Below are positions 45,989 through 52,103 of a stretch of 52,103 nt of DNA, piece after piece. The stretch spans positions 1-52,103 of the forward strand of contig JAZDIV010000052.1 in NCBI GenBank assembly GCA_043804695.1. Reading direction: 5' to 3'. The stretch is from PVC group bacterium (GTDB taxonomy: Bacteria; Auribacterota; Erginobacteria; Erginobacterales; Erginobacteraceae). The notes under the pieces were generated by a model, which saw nothing but the letters and a program-made list of their open reading frames with translations, was not told the origin of the DNA and did no database searches. The number at the start of each line of letters is the position of its first letter. The stretch's first letter is position 1. The position numbers were made by a program, and so were the translations under genes.

Positions 45989-48900
45989 TTATCTGGTTGC
46001 CGGGAGATCCCCCGGGCCGCCGAAATAGGCCCTGGTCAGACCCCGGATCGCCCACAGGTTCCACTCGGGCCGACAGAGGCCGGCCTGGACGCGGGAGTTT
46101 CCGCTATAATCGGCCGGCACCGGCTGGTAGGCGGAGCTCCCGAAGTAGGCGCGGGTCACCCCGCGGACCGCCCAGAGTCCGGAAGACGGGCGGAAGACGG
46201 CCGGACCACCCGGTACCCCGCCGCCGGCGTAATCGCCGGGGACGGGGAGGTCGCCGGGTCGGCCGTAATACATCCGGGTGACGCCATGGACGGCCCAGAG
46301 CCCCGAGGAGGCGCGGAAGACGGCGATATCCGCTAATCCGTCCCCGTCATAATCACTGCTGACGGGCGTGTCTCCGAGGGCGCCGAAATACACCCGGCCG
46401 AGGCCCGTCGCCGCCCAGAGGCCGGTGGAGGGACGGAAGATCCCGATGTCGCAGGATCCGTCCCCGTCGTAATCCCCCGGGACGGGCTGATCGTCCGCGC
46501 CGCCGAAATAGTTCCGGGTCATCCCCCGGACCGCCCAGAGGCCGGCGGATCCCCGGAAGAGGGCGACATCGGCGCACCCGTCGCCATTGTAGTCACCCGA
46601 GACGGGGATATCACCGGACCGGCCGAAGTAGAGCCGGGTGAATCCCCGGACCGCCCAGAGGCCGGCGGTCTCGCGGAAGATGGCGATATCCGACACCCCG
46701 TCGCCGTTATAGTCGCCGCCGGCCACCCGGACCGCCGCGAAGGAGGAGGTGGGGGACGGAACGGGGGTGGGGAAAACCCCGTCCTTGTACAGGGGGAAAT
46801 CGACCCCCGACGTGTTCGAAGAAACACTCGACGCCTGGGACTGGGTGTCTTTCTGATTATACCACTGGGAACGGTAGACCCGGATGCCAAACCCCTGGTT
46901 GCTGTCGGCATAGAGATTATAGGTGCCGGCCAGCAAACTCGGGATAGTATAGTACCCCGAGGAGTTGGTAAACCCTCCACCCGGCCGGAGACCCGCCTCC
47001 AGCGGAAGTGCCCGGACGTAGATATTGCCGGCGCCCGCCCCCGTTACCCGGTCGTAGACCCGGCCCAAGATCGGTCCGTTGACCGGAACCGGTGTCGGTG
47101 ACGGTGTCTTGTAGCCGATCGGAGTCGGCTTGTACGGCGTCGGCGCCGGTTTGGCCCAGGAACGGTAGATCTTCGTTGAAGCGGTGGAACCGATCGCGTA
47201 AACATGCCGGTTGTCCACCGCTGAGAACTGATAGATGGTGGAGAGCTTGTTATTCTCAATAATCCATTCCGAGCCGTTGAAATGGAAGATATTCCCATCC
47301 CCGGAGGCCCAGACGTTGTTCTCATCAAGGACCTCGACGCACTGGAAGTTTATCCCATACTCGGACTGCGTCTGCATGGACCAGGATGAACCGTTGTAAT
47401 GCACGATCTGGCCGCAGTCGCCGGCCGCCCAGAGACGGGTTCTGCCATACTGGTCGAGGCAGCCGCCGAGCGGATGGCCGCCCAGTCCCCAGCCGCCGAA
47501 TTCCTTGAATTTCGACCAGCTCATGCCGCTGTCCTCGGAGCTGAAGACGGCGGCGGTCGCCGTATCGGACCCGGCCCGCATGGCGTAGGCCTCGTCGGGC
47601 TTCAGGTAGACGCAGCCGTAAAGCGTGCCGGACTCGCCGACCGTGGTGGTTGTCCACTCTCCCGAGAGATAGCTGTTCACCCACCCGGATGAGCAGCCGG
47701 CCATGACATGATCCGGGTCCGCAGCATCCATTGAATAGACGTTCTTGCCGGGGCCATAGACGGTCTCCCAGTACGAGCCGTTGTAATGGATAACATAGCC
47801 GCCGGTGCCGCCGCCGTAGACATCGTCATCAGCCAGCGCCACGAACTCTTTGACATTGGTACCCAGCATCGGGTCCCCCCCCTGATCCGCCTGGAGTTCC
47901 CAGACTGTGCCGTTCCAGTAATAGACCAGTCCGCAGCCGCACCCGATCCAGATGTTGTCGTTGTCGTAGGCCTCGATGCTGTAGATCCCGCAGCCCTGGG
48001 TGTCCACATCCATCCAGACCTCCCACTTCAGGGGGACGTAGGGCTGGGGAGGGGTGAGGCCTTTCAGCGTGAAGTCGGCCGCGGAGATCCCGGGCAGGCC
48101 GATCCCGCCGATTTCCGAAACCCGGACCCGGGCGGTGGTGGTGGAGACATTCGGAATCGACCAGGGATAGTAGATCCCCGTGTTGGACTGATTGGCCGCG
48201 ATCTGGAACCAGGGCCCGGCTGCCCCGGTGGTTGAATAGTCGATGTTGACGTTCCCGATGATGCCGGCGGTCGAAGTCCAGGTGATGGCGTGATCATCCC
48301 CGGAATACCAGACCTCTCCCCCCTTGGGAGATATTACGGTGAAGTAGGGGGAAGCGATGGTGAAGACGGCCGGGGACTGGCCGGCGGTGCCGGAGGCCGG
48401 CTGCCGGACCCGGACCAGGCAGGCGCTGCTGTTCACGTTGGGGATGGTCCAGGGATGGGGGCTGGAGCCGATGGCGACCCCGCTGGCAATGAGAATCCAG
48501 GAAGAGCCGTTGTTCGTCGAGTAATGGAGATCAACCGCCCCGGGGCCGACTTCCGGTCCGTACGACCACTCGATATCGTAGACGCCGGTCCGGAACCAAA
48601 TCTCTCCCCCCCTGGGAGAGAGGACATTGATGGTGTTCCGGTTGACGATCCGGAAGAGGCTGGACTGGCCGGACACCCCTACTCCCCCGGCCTCCTGAAC
48701 CCGGACCCGGGCCTGGGGACTGGGATCGTTGGGGACATTCCAGGGATAGGTTCCGGTATCGGCAATATTGCTAACGACCGGCGTCCAGGGTCCCCCGTCG
48801 GTGTTATAATGGATATCGACATTCCCGGTAACCTGGTATGAAACCCAGGTGATATTATTAATTGTATTGATGTACCAGGATTCGTTCAGCGTCGGCGCGG

Positions 48901-50017
48901 TCACAATGATGGCCGGAGTATGGACCACGTAGAAAACATCAATGTAGATGTTATTATTGTTGTTGCTGATTTCCTTGCCGGCGATGTAAACCCGGACCTG
49001 GTCGGCGGCGGCGGGAGCGGTCACGCGGTATTCCCGGTTTTCCCAGGTGTTAAAATCCGTCAGCCACCAGTCGGAATCGCTGTCGGTTTTGACGACGGTT
49101 CCGTCGCTCAGCCACTCGATATTGAACTTAAACCAGGTAGCAGTGATGGCTCCTTTCTCGTAGGCCACGTAGAACCAGCCGCCGACATCATACTGATCAC
49201 CGCCGATGATATTAGCCTCGCCGGAACGAATCCCCTGGTCGGTATACAGCTCGCTCACGTAACCGGTGGCGCTGAACGTGCAGGAATAGGTCCCCTGGTA
49301 CGCCGTGACATTCGACCGGGCGACATAGGTGGGCTTGCCGGCCACCGGCGTCCAGCCGACCAGAGGCGGTTCGAGCTCAAAGCTGGGGTTGGGGATGTCG
49401 GTGGGAGGGGTCGGAGACGCGGTGGGGACCGGGGTCACGGTGGGGGTGGCGGTCGGCAGAGCGGACGGCGTCACGGTCGGCGACGGCGGGGCGAGGCTGA
49501 TGTCCACGTCGTCGAAGGCCAGGTCGCCCGTGCTCTGGGTATAGCTAAAGCGGGCGGCGGTGGTCAAAAAGGCCATCTCGAAGGGCCCGAGATTCGTTCC
49601 CGCGACCGGGAGCGGCATGACTTTGGTCACCTCGTTCCAGCCGGCGCCGACGTAATATTCTTCCACCAGGAGGGCGCTGCTGGAGTCCGTCCCCTGCCCC
49701 TTGACCCAGAATGAGAGCTCGTCGGGCCGGAAGAGAGGCGCGGTCTGGATATAGTCCCCGGTGGCGTCAAGCTTGATCGACGGCGAAGCAACGCCGAAAT
49801 TCCCGGCAGTGGTATAGGTGTCGCTGTTGGCGTTGCAGCCGTTAAAGGTCCATCCGGCCGGGCGGGTTCCGGTGTCGAAGTTGTTGAACCCCTCGGTGAT
49901 CGGCTGGCCGCGGCCGCTCCCCGGAAAAGCCATCGCCAGGCAGAGGACGATCAGTCCGACAGCCGATACTGCGAAGCAACCAGTCCGATGATTCTTCAAC
50001 GATAATGATGTTGACAT
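45989..50017 (-). CDS. Large secreted surface protein: CBM-like domains, three Ig-like repeats, beta-propeller-like region, CarboxypepD_reg-like + 6 FG-GAP-like repeats
   Basis: Signal peptide, IPNPSFE, repeated V.SP.GGE.W...I.W...V.I.YS..G..W, Pro/Thr linkers, same C-terminal module as the neighbour; AAGGAG RBS before ATG 50017. Confidence 0.85.
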   Translation of the reverse strand: MSTSLSLKNHRTGCFAVSAVGLIVLCLAMAFPGSGRGQPITEGFNNFDTGTRPAGWTFNGCNANSDTYTTAGNFGVASPSIKLDATGDYIQTAPLFRPDELSFWVKGQGTDSSSALLVEEYYVGAGWNEVTKVMPLPVAGTNLGPFEMAFLTTAARFSYTQSTGDLAFDDVDISLAPPSPTVTPSALPTATPTVTPVPTASPTPPTDIPNPSFELEPPLVGWTPVAGKPTYVARSNVTAYQGTYSCTFSATGYVSELYTDQGIRSGEANIIGGDQYDVGGWFYVAYEKGAITATWFKFNIEWLSDGTVVKTDSDSDWWLTDFNTWENREYRVTAPAAADQVRVYIAGKEISNNNNNIYIDVFYVVHTPAIIVTAPTLNESWYINTINNITWVSYQVTGNVDIHYNTDGGPWTPVVSNIADTGTYPWNVPNDPSPQARVRVQEAGGVGVSGQSSLFRIVNRNTINVLSPRGGEIWFRTGVYDIEWSYGPEVGPGAVDLHYSTNNGSSWILIASGVAIGSSPHPWTIPNVNSSACLVRVRQPASGTAGQSPAVFTIASPYFTVISPKGGEVWYSGDDHAITWTSTAGIIGNVNIDYSTTGAAGPWFQIAANQSNTGIYYPWSIPNVSTTTARVRVSEIGGIGLPGISAADFTLKGLTPPQPYVPLKWEVWMDVDTQGCGIYSIEAYDNDNIWIGCGCGLVYYWNGTVWELQADQGGDPMLGTNVKEFVALADDDVYGGGTGGYVIHYNGSYWETVYGPGKNVYSMDAADPDHVMAGCSSGWVNSYLSGEWTTTTVGESGTLYGCVYLKPDEAYAMRAGSDTATAAVFSSEDSGMSWSKFKEFGGWGLGGHPLGGCLDQYGRTRLWAAGDCGQIVHYNGSSWSMQTQSEYGINFQCVEVLDENNVWASGDGNIFHFNGSEWIIENNKLSTIYQFSAVDNRHVYAIGSTASTKIYRSWAKPAPTPYKPTPIGYKTPSPTPVPVNGPILGRVYDRVTGAGAGNIYVRALPLEAGLRPGGGFTNSSGYYTIPSLLAGTYNLYADSNQGFGIRVYRSQWYNQKDTQSQASSVSSNTSGVDFPLYKDGVFPTPVPSPTSSFAAVRVAGGDYNGDGVSDIAIFRETAGLWAVRGFTRLYFGRSGDIPVSGDYNGDGCADVALFRGSAGLWAVRGMTRNYFGGADDQPVPGDYDGDGSCDIGIFRPSTGLWAATGLGRVYFGALGDTPVSSDYDGDGLADIAVFRASSGLWAVHGVTRMYYGRPGDLPVPGDYAGGGVPGGPAVFRPSSGLWAVRGVTRAYFGSSAYQPVPADYSGNSRVQAGLCRPEWNLWAIRGLTRAYFGGPGDLPATR

Positions 50018-50133
50018 GGCCCCGCTCCTTATCATGATAGCAACCGGTTGAAAAACGATTTTACAAGACAATAAGATAGAATCTCTCTGTATTATCATCA
50101 TACCACTTTTATGACGATTGTCACTATAAATTT

Positions 50134-50165
50134 TATAAATTAGCTCCCTTCGGTCGCTAATTTAT
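50134..50165. repeat. Hairpin-family copy 7
   Basis: TATAAATTAGC-TCCCTTCGGTC-GCTAATTTAT; its reverse complement matches copy 5 at all but one base. Confidence 0.85.
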
Positions 50166-50302
50166 GAGAACAACAGTTCGCTAAAATAGATTTTAATAGG
50201 CAGCACCTGTGGGATGAGAAAAATCCAACGGATCACGCCCTAACTGTAGTCCTTGGCTATCATAAAGAAAAGCTAATTATTAAGTCTTTGATGCTTTTTC
50301 GC

Positions 50303-50369
50303 CTGTTCCGGGGTTTCATTGAGCGGATTTTCCTTCATGGGAAATTCGCTCAATGAAACCCCGAAACAG
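50303..50369. terminator. Long imperfect hairpin (~31-bp arms) downstream of the UPF0280 gene
   Basis: CTGTTCCGGGGTTTCATTGAGCGGATTTTCC-TTCAT-GGGAAATTCGCTCAATGAAACCCCGAAACAG. Confidence 0.6.
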
Positions 50370-50373
50370 AAAT

Positions 50374-51105
50374 TTATAAACCGACCAGTTCGATCCGGCC
50401 CCGGACGGCGATCAGCCCGCCGCAGACAACCAGGGAGCCGCGGACCCCGGGGATGGACCCGATCGCCTCCCCCGCCGCCGCCAGAACCGATCGCTCCTCG
50501 CGGTAAATCCGATTGCCGAGCGCAGTTGCCGCGGCGTCGGCCAGCACCGGGTCGTCGGCCACAACCACGGCTACCGCCGCCCGGCCCCAGCTCAGGGAGC
50601 GCCCCCGGGTGCCGCTGGAGGCGGCCACCCCGGCCGGCATATCCCCGGGGACGATCCGGATACCCAGATTCCGAGATACCGGATGTCCTTCCCCCGGGTA
50701 AACAAGGATGTTCCTTTCCCTCCGGCAGGCAAGGTAAATGTCCCCCCCGTTCTCAACGATTACCTCGGGAGAAAGAAGGGAAAGATCCCGTCCCACAAAA
50801 AATGCCAGCGCTCCGGCCACTGCCGCCATCGGCCCGACGCCGCAGAGGAAGCCTGACCGGGCCATGCTCCGGATAATATCGGGAGCATCCGGTGCCGCGC
50901 GGACCGGCACCAGGCTCTCCCGGAAACCGGGATGTTCGGACAGGTAGCGCTCGATTTCCCGCCGGTAGCGGACGAGGGCCTCCCGGGCCGGGCGGCCCGG
51001 TTCCCGGTCGGCCCGGATCATCAGGTCGCTCTCCCCGATCCGGACGCGGGTGAAGACCAAGTCGTCAGCCGTGACCAGGGAGCGATATTCGTCAACCGTT
51101 TCCAT
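50374..51105 (-). CDS. UPF0280 / ApbE-superfamily protein
   Basis: GESDL, GVGPMAAVAGA, VIVENGGDIY, SSGTRGRSLSWG, LADAAATALGN. Confidence 0.9.
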   Translation of the reverse strand: METVDEYRSLVTADDLVFTRVRIGESDLMIRADREPGRPAREALVRYRREIERYLSEHPGFRESLVPVRAAPDAPDIIRSMARSGFLCGVGPMAAVAGALAFFVGRDLSLLSPEVIVENGGDIYLACRRERNILVYPGEGHPVSRNLGIRIVPGDMPAGVAASSGTRGRSLSWGRAAVAVVVADDPVLADAAATALGNRIYREERSVLAAAGEAIGSIPGVRGSLVVCGGLIAVRGRIELVGL

Positions 51106-51117
51106 TATTCTTTTTCC

Positions 51118-51295
51118 GGGCGAACACGGTGGTTCGCCCCTACAGTTCGTTGAAAGTTGAATGTTCGACGTTGAATGTTGAACGTTCATTCTTTCAACAT
51201 CCGGGCGAACACGGGGGTTCGCCCCTACAACAAATCGTTCGACGTTGGACGGTCATCTTTTCAACATCAGGGCGAACACGGGGGTTCGCCCCTAC
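51118..51295 (-). repeat. Three GTAG-type REP hairpins with 7-mer microrepeats between them
   Basis: GTAGGGGCGAACC(C/A)CCGTGTTCGCCC on the - strand at 51118-51143, 51203-51228 and 51270-51295; GTTGAA(T/C/A) runs at 51149-51187. Confidence 0.88.
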
Positions 51296-51575
51296 TACCT
51301 CGCCTTCCATGTCGTGCCGCAGGACGGGCACTTTCCGCTCGTTACTCCTTCTCCCGCGGTGAATGTATCCCCGCAGCGCCAGCATTTCATGGTCCGGGGT
51401 CCGCGCGGCGGCTTTTGCGGTCCGTTCCCGGGAAAAGACCGATCAACGAAACCCGACTGGACGGTGACCAGGTTCTTCAGCGATTCGTAAGTCTTGGGGC
51501 CGATCCCCCAGACCTCCATCAGCTCATCCGTCCGCTTGAAACCACCCGCTTTTTCCCGGTACTCGATGATCCGGA
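51295..51575 (-). pseudogene. comEA: 3' fragment of a ComEA-like helix-hairpin-helix gene with a C-terminal Zn ribbon
   Basis: Frame upstream of 51519 reads RIIEYREKAGGFKRTDELMEVWGIGPKTYESLKNLVTV, then CWRC...CPSC; the 5' part is replaced by AT-rich DNA. Confidence 0.8.
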
Positions 51576-52102
51576 TCGTCTTTAATTATGGTCACTAATA
51601 TTTCATCCGTGCTGTTTGTTTGGATTGAAACGTCGAAAGGCGGATATAACCTATTGGGATTCGCAAAATATTCTTTCCATAAAAACCAACCATCTTTAAA
51701 ATCATAAATTTCAACATCTGCAAACTTAGTTAGTAGCTTATTAACAACATCCTTATTCTTTAACTTAATTGCAGATAACTGGTTATCTCTACTTTTATTG
51801 ACTTTAACTCTGCCTCTATCGCATAAACCAGTGGAAAAACACAAATACATATAATACCCAGCTGTAGGCGCTTTGACTAAGGTTAGTTGACCTTCTTCTG
51901 TTTTTCTATAAGCATCGATCTCAGCCGTACGTTTCACAGAAGGTAACGCCCTAAAATTCTTTATTCTTTGGATAACAAGATCTAATGCATCTTCAGACTT
52001 AGTATGAAACAAAATATAGCCAATCTCTTCCATATCCAAATAATCTGTTGCTAAAAGCACCTTGAGTGTAAGCCTAAATGGGAAAACCAGAATATTTTCA
52101 CA
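51524..52102 (-). CDS. AT-rich ORF fragment, possibly an AlwI-family type II restriction endonuclease; open at the window edge, 3' end runs out of frame into comEA DNA
   Basis: Frame open to the edge: ENILVFPFRLTLKVLLATDYLDMEEIGYILF resembles the PFRLxLKLL...LxxEEI segment of AlwI-family enzymes; sharp GC drop. Confidence 0.45.
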   Translation of the reverse strand, partial: CENILVFPFRLTLKVLLATDYLDMEEIGYILFHTKSEDALDLVIQRIKNFRALPSVKRTAEIDAYRKTEEGQLTLVKAPTAGYYMYLCFSTGLCDRGRVKVNKSRDNQLSAIKLKNKDVVNKLLTKFADVEIYDFKDGWFLWKEYFANPNRLYPPFDVSIQTNSTDEILVTIIKDDPDHRVPGKSGWFQADG

Positions 52103-52103
52103 A

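Noticed and set aside
42490..46720. DGR template/variable repeat pair among the FG-GAP-like repeats
   Set aside because: Differences are not adenine-specific and no reverse transcriptase is present
50166..50300. Riboswitch or ncRNA upstream of the large surface protein
   Set aside because: Some pairing potential, but no match to a family I can recognise
51118..51295. Possible CRISPR (26-bp repeat x3)
   Set aside because: GTAG-REP structure; spacers are unequal (59 and 41 bp) and similar to each other

Overview
High-GC bacterial chromosomal window. The repeat style of the secreted proteins and the N-terminally extended LepB suggest a PVC-related candidate phylum such as Auribacterota (inference only). 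Almost all genes from 1 to 30.6 kb are on the + strand and almost all from 31 to 52 kb are on the - strand. At the convergence point lies a 28-bp dif-like XerCD site (30654-30681), with a small HTH gene on one side and DnaA-box-like motifs on the other, so this is probably the replication terminus. Left arm: a surface-glycosylation locus (two DUF2079-like and other GT-C-like membrane proteins, GT2, WbpB/E/D-like trio, gmhA), a PIN pseudogene, a his cluster (hisD, C, B, A, I; no hisG/H/F/E) interrupted by a small-protein + nucleotidyltransferase pair, a CUT1 ABC transporter, a DUF559 nuclease with an extra N-terminal domain, manC, ruvX, lepB and an orphan histidine kinase. Right arm: ECF sigma/anti-sigma, lipid kinase, TPR-metallopeptidase, rhomboid, KtrAB, a tandem double PD-(D/E)XK Fe-S nuclease, GDPD, two large secreted proteins sharing one C-terminal module (one is a papain + EEP fusion), UPF0280, and a comEA 3' fragment joined abruptly to an AT-rich, truncated restriction-endonuclease-like ORF. 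Intergenic DNA holds several palindromic repeat families, including seven ATAAATTAGC-N9/11-GCTAATTTAT hairpins at gene 5' ends. No rRNA, tRNA or CRISPR array was seen. All family calls come from motif recognition by eye; no database searches were run.
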